Below, one piece after another: positions 1 to 8,483 of a stretch of 36,715 nt of DNA. Within the stretch, counting starts at the first letter, position 1. The number at the start of each line of letters is the position of its first letter. Both the position numbers and the translations under genes were made by a program. The notes below the pieces were generated by a model. The model searched no databases and was not told the DNA's origin. It was given only the letters and a program-made list of their open reading frames with translations. Origin of the DNA: Patescibacteria group bacterium (GTDB lineage: Bacteria > Patescibacteriota > Minisyncoccia > JAHIHE01 > JAGLIN01); assembly GCA_034659355.1 (NCBI GenBank), contig JAYEHC010000055.1, positions 1 through 36,715 of the forward strand, given 5' to 3'.

Positions 1-1784
1 TCAAATTCAAAAGGAGTTTTTTTGTTGTATTTGGAATTAATCAGCAAATTCATTACCTCGTTCCAGATTCTACCAGCGCCGTTCTGTCCGGAGACATTTT
101 CCATTGGCGTGTTATCGCTATTTCCGATCCAGACACCCGCCAAAAAATCAGGGGTATAGCCGATTGTCCAACTGTCGTGAAATCCTCGCGAAGTTCCTGT
201 CTTAACCGCATAATTATTTTGAAATAAATCTAAGTTATTTTTTATTCCAAATTGCTCTATACCTGTTTTTCTATCAGAAAGAATTCTATTTATTAATTGG
301 ATATATTTTTCGTCAGTAATTTTTTTATTTTGCGAAAAATTTGCGCTGGCAAAGCAACTTAGACCATTTTTATCTTTATAAATATTCAGTGGTTGCAATA
401 TTCCTCTGTTGGGAAATATTGTAAAATAATAAGAAAGAGACATTAAATCCATTTCTAATTCGCCGAGGGCTATTCCAAGCTGATAATTTTGCAGTTCCTG
501 TACTGGATGTAATTCTAAATCCTCAAGTAAAAATTGGTAAAAGTTATCCAAACCGACATATTCTAATACTTTCACAGTTGGTACATTCAGGCTATTAGCC
601 AAACTGTAGTGAAGATTAATTTGTCCGCGATATTCACAATCGTAGTTTTTAGGATAAAAAGCAAATCCCGTATCAATTATATGTTTATATTCTTTATCAT
701 TCACGAGAGTATATGGCCGTAGTTTGTTTTCAAATCCTTTTAAATAAATAAACGGCTTTACGGTTGAGCCAATTGGTCTTGGCTTTGTCGCCATATTTAT
801 TTGGTAACCAGAAGAACTAATTTCCGGATTTGGCGATCCAATAACAGACAGAATTTCATTTTCAGGCAATTTAATGACAATAATAGCTCCATTGGTTGCA
901 TTTTTCTCATTCATTATCAATAAATTGCGTTTTAGAATTTCCCTTAGATTTTTACCAAGATCTTGGTCTATGGTTAGATCACAATTATCAGGACAGTCAA
1001 TTCCAAGAGAACTTAATTCAAAATAATTAGCGCCTTTTGAATAACTTTTAAATCTTTTCTTTCTTTCAGCAATTTCATTTTTTGGAATTGGCTTCACGCT
1101 TTCTTCAATATCCGGTATTTTTAATCTTGTTGCCAAAGTTTTTACGGACGCGATGTTGTTTGAGGTAAAAGGATTGTTATTGGAAGGACTATTTATTCCG
1201 GATATTAATTTTAGTGTTTGCTCTTTACTTAATAGCTCCGGCTGTAAGTCAAAATATAAACGGCTGGCTTCACTTATTCCTTGGACACTGTTTCCAAAAT
1301 AAATTGAGTTGGCGTACATTTTTATAATTTCTTTTTTAGGCAAATGAATTTCCAAACTGATTGCGTAAATTGTTTCTACAAATTTATTTTTTAAATTTCG
1401 TTTTGTCTCGTTCCCGAGTAAAATTTTAACAAGTTGCTGGGTAATGGTGCTGGAAGCAAGATTACTGTTCCCTTTTGTAAAATTATAAATAGCGCGCGCT
1501 GTGCTGATTGGGTTTATACCGGGATGGTAATAAAAGTACTGATCTTCTTTTTTCAAAATCAGTTCTTCAAATTGTGTAGGAATCTCATCTGAATATTCTG
1601 TGTAATATCCCGCGGAATTTGGTTTTACGATTATATTTTCTCCATTTCTGTCTTTTATAAACACGGATTGATTGTTTTTATAAACGGATACTAATTTGTT
1701 TTTTAATTTGAAACTCAATAAAAAACTGCCCAAAACCAAAAGAACAATCGCAGCTATTAAGACAAATAGAGTTTTTCTTTTCAT
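1..1784 (-). CDS. pbpC: Bifunctional transglycosylase/transpeptidase, PBP1C-like (3' end runs off the window)
   Basis: Not in the ORF track; translated by hand from ATG at 1784 (MKRKTLFVLIAAIVLLVLG..., N-terminal TM). GT51 motifs EDQYFYYHPG, SSTITQQL, KKEIIKMYAN; transpeptidase motifs STVK, SLN, KTGT. Lies directly downstream of A2M, the usual pbpC position. Confidence 0.88.
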   Translation of the reverse strand, partial: MKRKTLFVLIAAIVLLVLGSFLLSFKLKNKLVSVYKNNQSVFIKDRNGENIIVKPNSAGYYTEYSDEIPTQFEELILKKEDQYFYYHPGINPISTARAIYNFTKGNSNLASSTITQQLVKILLGNETKRNLKNKFVETIYAISLEIHLPKKEIIKMYANSIYFGNSVQGISEASRLYFDLQPELLSKEQTLKLISGINSPSNNNPFTSNNIASVKTLATRLKIPDIEESVKPIPKNEIAERKKRFKSYSKGANYFELSSLGIDCPDNCDLTIDQDLGKNLREILKRNLLIMNEKNATNGAIIVIKLPENEILSVIGSPNPEISSSGYQINMATKPRPIGSTVKPFIYLKGFENKLRPYTLVNDKEYKHIIDTGFAFYPKNYDCEYRGQINLHYSLANSLNVPTVKVLEYVGLDNFYQFLLEDLELHPVQELQNYQLGIALGELEMDLMSLSYYFTIFPNRGILQPLNIYKDKNGLSCFASANFSQNKKITDEKYIQLINRILSDRKTGIEQFGIKNNLDLFQNNYAVKTGTSRGFHDSWTIGYTPDFLAGVWIGNSDNTPMENVSGQNGAGRIWNEVMNLLINSKYNKKTPFEF

Positions 1785-1823
1785 ATTAATAAGTCACAAG
1801 ATGAAAATTTATTTTTTTATTGT

Positions 1824-4800
1824 CTATTTCACTTTAAAATACCTTCCGTTTGTTCTTGCGAAATTTTCCGGGAAATACATTTCGGAGACAACGGCGGGGA
1901 GGTGATGAAATTTTCCGGGTATTAAAACGCGGACATAATAGTCGTATTCATATTCTCCGGCGGGAAGTCTTTCCTTGAAAAGGAATAAACGATCATCTCG
2001 CAGTTCTTTCACATTCGGACGCAATTTTCTGTTATCATAATAACCGCGCCACCAGTCATAATTATTTTGCTCTTCTGCCAAAAGCGATTTATTTTCTGTG
2101 GCTAAATTAAAATTAATCAGTTCCGCTCCCGCCGGAATGAAATCTTCCACGGCAACAAAATTTCTCCCTTCCGGAACAAATATTTTGATATGTCCGCGCA
2201 GAACATCACCGGGGCTCGCTTGCGTAACGGGGTTTTCTCCCTCTTTATCTTCCAGATGATAAAATTCGCGCGTGATTGAAAATCCTTCATCGCGAGGAGG
2301 GATTGTATCAATCGGTAAAAAGTATTTCAGGGAAATGTCATAATAGAAATTATTGTTCAGCTTATTGTGATTTTCCTTTTTAAAAGCAAGGGAGCTGAAA
2401 GACCCAAGTCCTAATTCGCTCACTGGAATTGTCAAACTGTTTTGATTGAAAATCGTCTGCTCGTTATAATCAAAAGACTGTTTTTCATCATCATCAAGCA
2501 GAATTTTCAAAGTGAATTCCGACTCGGTCTCTCTTTGCCAGATAAGATAATCGGTCATCGCGTCAATGACGGAAATCGTATTGTTCGTTGAACCCCATGA
2601 TCCGTCTTTGTCGCGGCTTTGCAACAGCCAGCGCAAGATCCTGTCCAGAATTTCGTTATCTCTCTCGTCTTTTGACAAAGCTTTTAACAACAAAGCGGTA
2701 TCTTTGGTTTGCGTTCCATAAAATTGCCAAAGCGTATTTTTGTTGGATGGCAGGAACGCTCCGCGAGAATCAATATCAATTTTGTTTTCCAGAATATCAA
2801 ATACTTCATTCTTATATTCATTGCTAAAAATATCTTCATTTTCGCTTAACATTACAGCCAAAGTTGTCAGAGAAGTATTACTGATCTGTTCATTGAGAAG
2901 CAAGTTGTCGCTCCTCAATCCTTTTATATAGCTTGTCAGACTATTGTTGATCTTTCCATATTCTTTGATCTCTAATAAAGAGTTCGTTGCCAAAATGATT
3001 AAGTCTTTGTTTTCTTGCAAATTTTTATCGTAGCTCGCTGTATTATTGATATAAACAAAAGCTCGCTTTAAACTATTGTCGTTTATTTCATATCCCGCGT
3101 CCTTCAAGTCTTTCAGTGTATTGGTTATATGCAAAGTTAAATATATGTTTGGATTTCCGTCCGGATAATACGCAAAACCTCCGTTGGATTTTTGGTTCTC
3201 GTAAATCCTTGCCAGTCCGATTTCCACGATTTCGTCTATTGTGTATTCTTGCCCGTCAAATTCAATATTTTCCAATTCAAACTTATCGCCGACATTTTCC
3301 AAGTTTAATCCTTTTTTCACGATCGCGATTGAAGCAAGCTTGCTGGCAATTTGCTCGCTACAACCGTAGGGATAGCCTAGCAAATAGTTCAAGGCGTCTG
3401 ACAAGAAAACTGCCAGAGTAGCGCTGTTTTGAATGGTCAACTCACCTTTATTTCCAACAATATCTTCCGGTAAATAAACAAATTCTTCAACCAGCGTTGC
3501 GTTTGAATATCCCGCCGTAGCTGTTGTCTCATAAGTATCATTTCTGGTTATCTTGATCGTATTTTCTACAGTATCTTCGTAAGCGCTGTTTTTAGCGAAC
3601 AAAACAAATTTGTGAATACCATTTTGTTTGGATTGCTCGGCCGTAACATTGAAATAGACGGTCTCTGATCCGTTTGCTTCTATTTGAACATCTTTTTTAC
3701 CTGAATCATTTTTCAGAAATAATGTCCCGCTCTTAAATTCAACTCTCAGATTCTGTTTTTGCTTTGTTTGGTTGAAAATTTTCGCGCCCAGATAAAATTC
3801 ATCTCCCGGAACTATAAAACGCGGTTTCAGCGGAATAACCATAATATCTTTCCGCGCGATAAAGTCTTGATAATCAACTCCCAATTTTGTATCTTTGCTG
3901 ATTCCGACTGATTCTACTTGCCAAGTGGTTAGATTGTCAGGCAGAGTGAATTTTATTTCCGCTTTCCCGTTTTTATCCGTTCTAACAACCGCTTGCCATA
4001 AAGCGGTATCTTTGAAAATTCCTCTTTTTTTCTTTGCCAGATCTTCCGATTCCGCGCCGCCGCCGCCTTTGGTTCCACTGGCAATATCAACTTCATAAAG
4101 AATATTTTCCAAATTGCTGGAAGTTGAGATCGTCAATGGAAATCCGCCGTAGAAAAATACGAGCGGATTTTTCTTTGGATTTCCTTTCAAAGCCAAAACG
4201 CTCAGATCCGCGACCGCCACGGAAAATTCCGTTTCTGCCGGATTGCCCGCGTAATCTTTCGCTTCAAGATTCAGCACGACTTCTTCTCCCGGCAAATATG
4301 TTTTTTTATCAGGCTTTACCGAAACATCCAACTCTTTTCTTTCTGTGTCCACTTTAAATTGAACTTGCCCGAATTTAACTTCCGGATTTGAATCCGCGGA
4401 AAGCAAAATTACCGAAACATAAAAATTGGGAGTATATTCCGCTAAAACCGGAAAGCTATAATTATAGAGACTTTGGTTAATATCAACAATTTCGTATTTA
4501 AAAACTTTTCCTCTTTCAATGCTAATCAGTGCTCTCGCTTTTTTGTAGGGAGATTTGATAATAATCTTTGCCTGGTTATCTATCTCCAAATCGCTCTTGT
4601 CAACAACTATTTCCAACTCCGTGTCATTTGTTCTTCTGACATCAACCTGCGCGTTTCCATAGACATAAATATTATAGCTGTTCGTGATTATATTTCCTCT
4701 GCTGTCTTTGCTTGTTGCTTTCAGTTCATATTCTCCTTCTTTGTCCAAGGAAAAGTTCCCGCTCCAATCGCTGTTTTGATTCGTGCTAATCGTTTTTTCT

Positions 4801-7800
4801 TGAATCAATTCCAGTTCTTTTTCCCATTTATAATAATATCCTCCGTCAACTTCTTTTCTTTTATTCTGCACCCATTTTATTTTATTGATTTGCAATTTAA
4901 TATTTTGAACGGAAATTTCTTTTCCCTCGGTATTAACTGATTTTACTTTGGCTTTGAAAGATTCATTTTTACTTAGGAAATATTTATCGGTTTTTAAACC
5001 AAGATAATATTCTCCCCGATGAACAACAAACGATTTCTGCGCGGAGACAGCCTGACCATTGGAATTCTTGATAGTAATATAAACAACGAATATTTTGCTT
5101 TTAACATCTTTTTGATCCGCAAACAGTTTATTGAGATCAAGTCGGTGCGATATTTTCGCCTTGCCGGAACTATCCAGTTCAGTTTTATTTCTCAAAATAA
5201 ATTTATCTCCATAACTGCAATCATAGCAATAATACCACCGCGATCCGAAATTGAAATATTCATCCGTGTATTTGTCAAAATAATAATCTTGGCTGCCAAT
5301 GCTATATTCCACTTCCCCGCCTTCAACCGCGGCTCCGAAATAATAGCTGGCGTCAATATCAAGATTGAGCATATCGCCTGATATATATTCTTCTTTATCC
5401 GTTTTTGTTTCCACTTTGAACGGAGCCGGGACATATTCCTCAACTTCAAAATATGCTTTCGCGTTTTTAGCAACGATTCTATACCGACCCAGCGAGGCTT
5501 TTGTGTCTAAGATTAATTTTGTGTTGAAAGTGCCAAAATCGTTCACTTCCAATTCTTGACTCAATATTTCTTCATTCTTGCTGTTATAGACCTTCAACGG
5601 AATTTTTTTATCTCTGAAAATCTCATAATCGCCGTCATATCCTATCCGGTAAAGTCCTTTAATATGAACTTCTTGTCCCGGTTTGTAAATCGGACGGTCC
5701 GTATATGAATATATTTTCTGCGCCGTTTTGGCGACACTGCCATAACCAAGCTTATTGTCATATCTGGTAATTAAAGCGCTGTCGTTTCCCTTTGTCACAA
5801 CCACGCCGTGTAAATTATTAGCAACCGCCACTTCGGCAATACCCAACCGGTCTGTAAAATATGAAGACAGTTTTTTCATTTTTACTTTGGAATTTTCTTT
5901 AACACCTTCAAAAAGCTGAACCTTTGCTCCCGCAATCGGATTCGCGCTTTTCAGATCTGTCACCCAATAAATATTTTTTAATCTAGCTTGCTGTTCGCTG
6001 TTTAAATTGACATCCCAATTATTACTGCTGTTTCTTATTTCAACTCTTTTTTCCACAATTCCTAAATTCGTCACTGTTAAATAAGTTCTTTCGTGCACTT
6101 GCTTTTTGTTTCCCCATCTTGTTTTATAATCAGGATGTGAAAAAGTCAGAATATAATGCCCCAAAGGATCTTCCAAATAATCTTCCAAATTAACCGTGAA
6201 ATAATTTCTGACCCAATATTTTTTTTGCAATCCTATTTTTTTGCTGACAACTTTCTCGCAATTTCCGACCACATAAGAAGAATTTGTATAAGACGGCTTG
6301 TTCTCCAAATAATAAAGCATATCCTGCGGTTTCAATTTGCAAATATGGAAATTAACATAATCCATATTCTCAACGGCATAGGTCAGCTTTGTTTTGTCCG
6401 GAGTTGTAATACTGTATTGTCTCTGGAAATTATGAAAGTTAAGATGGTGTTCCGGCATCTTGCCTGTCCTGAATTTTTTCTTAATCATTTCCTCTTCGTC
6501 AAAATTATCTACAACTTTAATTTCTATCTCGTAATCGCTCTCCGGCATCAAGCCGTATGCGATTTTAGTTTCAAATTCGTTAATATGGCACTTGCGATAT
6601 TTTACATTATTTTTAGTAACTTTTATTGGTCTGTTCCAATATTTAAATTCAAAACCGGGATTAGCTTTGATATAATCGCTGACATCCTCTTTCGCCGGAA
6701 CTGACAGCGGGCTATTAGAACAAATTATAAATTCGCTTAAACTGGCGTTGCTCGCATTGTATTCGGGAATGGTTCTCAATATTTTTAAGCGGGGAATTAT
6801 TTTGATATCTTTTACGATCGGCCGGACATTCAATTGCAATCCTTCCTTATTTATAATCTTGTCAAAATTCAATTTTAAAACATCCGAGTTATTGATTTTT
6901 CCATAATCAAACGATAAATAAATTCTTTTTTGGTCATCTTCTTTCTCACATTTCACATTTTCTCCAAATCTCAGGTCTTCTTCTTTTTCTTTGCATTTTT
7001 TCCCATAACCGATTTCTATCATCTCGTTAGCGCTGATCTTGCTTTTCGCCAGATCAATATCTTCATAAAATCCGATCCACAATTTCCCCTGCGGATCAAA
7101 GAAATCAGGCGTGGAGAAACTCGTCCTTTCCGAAGAAGCGCTGATTTGCTTGATCTCCCCGGAAACATTGATTGTCAACTCCCGCGCTTCCTCAAGAATA
7201 ATATCTCCTTCCTGAGGATAAGCCTTATTTATTTTCAAATGATAGCTGTTATTGAAATCCCAGAGTTTTCCTCTGCCATGCCGATCTTTTTTGTTATAAA
7301 TATAAATGACAGATTCATTGGTTGTCTTCTCGTATTTTTCGCTTTCTTTGTTATAGGTATTTTTAGTTCCGTACTCGGCAACAAAGTCAATCTGCTGATT
7401 ATTGGCAGTAACATTTTTAATCGTTATTTCACTCATTGTTTTTCGGAGATCAACCGGCTGATTGAAAGCTATTCTGATCGGGCTGTTATAGATAATGTGT
7501 TTATTATCAGCGAGCTGATAACGCAACACCCTCGTTTTAAATTGATGTTCAAAATCGTCTATTTTTAATCCGTCCATAGAAGCAAAATCGGATTTTATTT
7601 TAACCGCATAATTTGAAGAGCGGGTCAGCCTTTCGTCTGCGATAAACTGAACCGTTCTTGTTCCGATCCATTTGAACTTTCCTTCCGTCGCCGGTTCAAC
7701 TTCTATCGGAATATCAAAATCCGCTAAAACATCAAGGGTTGTAATCGGTGTCATTGGACGATTAAACATCACGGTAATTTCCGAATCTTCGCTTGCTTCT

Positions 7801-8270
7801 GAACCGGCTTTTGGAAAAACGGTCAGAACTTTCGGATCATCAACGACTAAGAAATCACTGCCGATATTTTTTTCTTTTATTTTTAGAGCTACCTCATAAT
7901 ATCTTCCCATCTTCAATTTTTCATCCGGATCAAAAACAACTTTTTTCTCGTTTCCGCTTTCTATCCACTCACCGTCTATTTCAGGATAGAATTCAACACT
8001 GTCTTTAGCCTCCTGTTTGCTAATTTCCATATTAGGCGGAATGTTTATGGTAATGCTCGCGCTTTGGGAGATTTTATCGTTAACTAAAGAGAACGCCTTG
8101 GCATATTCAACACGAGGAATTAAAGACTCCGGTTTTTTATCATAAATGTAAAAAAGAATGCCGCTGATAACTGCTATGAATAAAAATAAAGAGGCGGCAA
8201 CAGCGACTCTTTTTCTCTTGATTTGTTTAATTAAAAACTGTTTTGTTTTTTGAAAAATTTGTTTTGGCAT
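1824..8270 (-). CDS. Bacterial alpha-2-macroglobulin with N-terminal TM anchor and Ig-like domains
   Basis: 2148 aa. MG2 motif YTDRPIYKPGQ, FTLPDNLTTW, thioester motif YPYGCSEQ, C-terminal ELRDDRL...SEMYFPE. Confidence 0.95.
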   Translation of the reverse strand: MPKQIFQKTKQFLIKQIKRKRVAVAASLFLFIAVISGILFYIYDKKPESLIPRVEYAKAFSLVNDKISQSASITINIPPNMEISKQEAKDSVEFYPEIDGEWIESGNEKKVVFDPDEKLKMGRYYEVALKIKEKNIGSDFLVVDDPKVLTVFPKAGSEASEDSEITVMFNRPMTPITTLDVLADFDIPIEVEPATEGKFKWIGTRTVQFIADERLTRSSNYAVKIKSDFASMDGLKIDDFEHQFKTRVLRYQLADNKHIIYNSPIRIAFNQPVDLRKTMSEITIKNVTANNQQIDFVAEYGTKNTYNKESEKYEKTTNESVIYIYNKKDRHGRGKLWDFNNSYHLKINKAYPQEGDIILEEARELTINVSGEIKQISASSERTSFSTPDFFDPQGKLWIGFYEDIDLAKSKISANEMIEIGYGKKCKEKEEDLRFGENVKCEKEDDQKRIYLSFDYGKINNSDVLKLNFDKIINKEGLQLNVRPIVKDIKIIPRLKILRTIPEYNASNASLSEFIICSNSPLSVPAKEDVSDYIKANPGFEFKYWNRPIKVTKNNVKYRKCHINEFETKIAYGLMPESDYEIEIKVVDNFDEEEMIKKKFRTGKMPEHHLNFHNFQRQYSITTPDKTKLTYAVENMDYVNFHICKLKPQDMLYYLENKPSYTNSSYVVGNCEKVVSKKIGLQKKYWVRNYFTVNLEDYLEDPLGHYILTFSHPDYKTRWGNKKQVHERTYLTVTNLGIVEKRVEIRNSSNNWDVNLNSEQQARLKNIYWVTDLKSANPIAGAKVQLFEGVKENSKVKMKKLSSYFTDRLGIAEVAVANNLHGVVVTKGNDSALITRYDNKLGYGSVAKTAQKIYSYTDRPIYKPGQEVHIKGLYRIGYDGDYEIFRDKKIPLKVYNSKNEEILSQELEVNDFGTFNTKLILDTKASLGRYRIVAKNAKAYFEVEEYVPAPFKVETKTDKEEYISGDMLNLDIDASYYFGAAVEGGEVEYSIGSQDYYFDKYTDEYFNFGSRWYYCYDCSYGDKFILRNKTELDSSGKAKISHRLDLNKLFADQKDVKSKIFVVYITIKNSNGQAVSAQKSFVVHRGEYYLGLKTDKYFLSKNESFKAKVKSVNTEGKEISVQNIKLQINKIKWVQNKRKEVDGGYYYKWEKELELIQEKTISTNQNSDWSGNFSLDKEGEYELKATSKDSRGNIITNSYNIYVYGNAQVDVRRTNDTELEIVVDKSDLEIDNQAKIIIKSPYKKARALISIERGKVFKYEIVDINQSLYNYSFPVLAEYTPNFYVSVILLSADSNPEVKFGQVQFKVDTERKELDVSVKPDKKTYLPGEEVVLNLEAKDYAGNPAETEFSVAVADLSVLALKGNPKKNPLVFFYGGFPLTISTSSNLENILYEVDIASGTKGGGGAESEDLAKKKRGIFKDTALWQAVVRTDKNGKAEIKFTLPDNLTTWQVESVGISKDTKLGVDYQDFIARKDIMVIPLKPRFIVPGDEFYLGAKIFNQTKQKQNLRVEFKSGTLFLKNDSGKKDVQIEANGSETVYFNVTAEQSKQNGIHKFVLFAKNSAYEDTVENTIKITRNDTYETTATAGYSNATLVEEFVYLPEDIVGNKGELTIQNSATLAVFLSDALNYLLGYPYGCSEQIASKLASIAIVKKGLNLENVGDKFELENIEFDGQEYTIDEIVEIGLARIYENQKSNGGFAYYPDGNPNIYLTLHITNTLKDLKDAGYEINDNSLKRAFVYINNTASYDKNLQENKDLIILATNSLLEIKEYGKINNSLTSYIKGLRSDNLLLNEQISNTSLTTLAVMLSENEDIFSNEYKNEVFDILENKIDIDSRGAFLPSNKNTLWQFYGTQTKDTALLLKALSKDERDNEILDRILRWLLQSRDKDGSWGSTNNTISVIDAMTDYLIWQRETESEFTLKILLDDDEKQSFDYNEQTIFNQNSLTIPVSELGLGSFSSLAFKKENHNKLNNNFYYDISLKYFLPIDTIPPRDEGFSITREFYHLEDKEGENPVTQASPGDVLRGHIKIFVPEGRNFVAVEDFIPAGAELINFNLATENKSLLAEEQNNYDWWRGYYDNRKLRPNVKELRDDRLFLFKERLPAGEYEYDYYVRVLIPGKFHHLPAVVSEMYFPENFARTNGRYFKVK

Positions 8271-8327
8271 AGTTAAATCTTAGTTGATTAAAAAACTACA
8301 ACATTGGTATGGCGACATTGTTTTAGA

Positions 8328-8483
8328 TAGGCTCTGCTGATTTTCTCCAATTATTCCCCCTTTAATAAAGGGGGCTAGGGGGATTTCCTGGCAGGATTGA
8401 TTAAAATAAACTAAATTATTTTTTTAAATTATTTCTAAGTTTATCTCTTTTTATAAAAAATAGACGAAAATCAGCAGAGCCTA
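8328..8483 (-). mobile_element. MITE family A copy 1 (~156 bp)
   Basis: Terminal inverted repeats TAGGCTCTGCTGATTTT...AAAATCAGCAGAGCCTA; four copies in the window. One end overlaps the leuS TAG stop. Confidence 0.85.
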
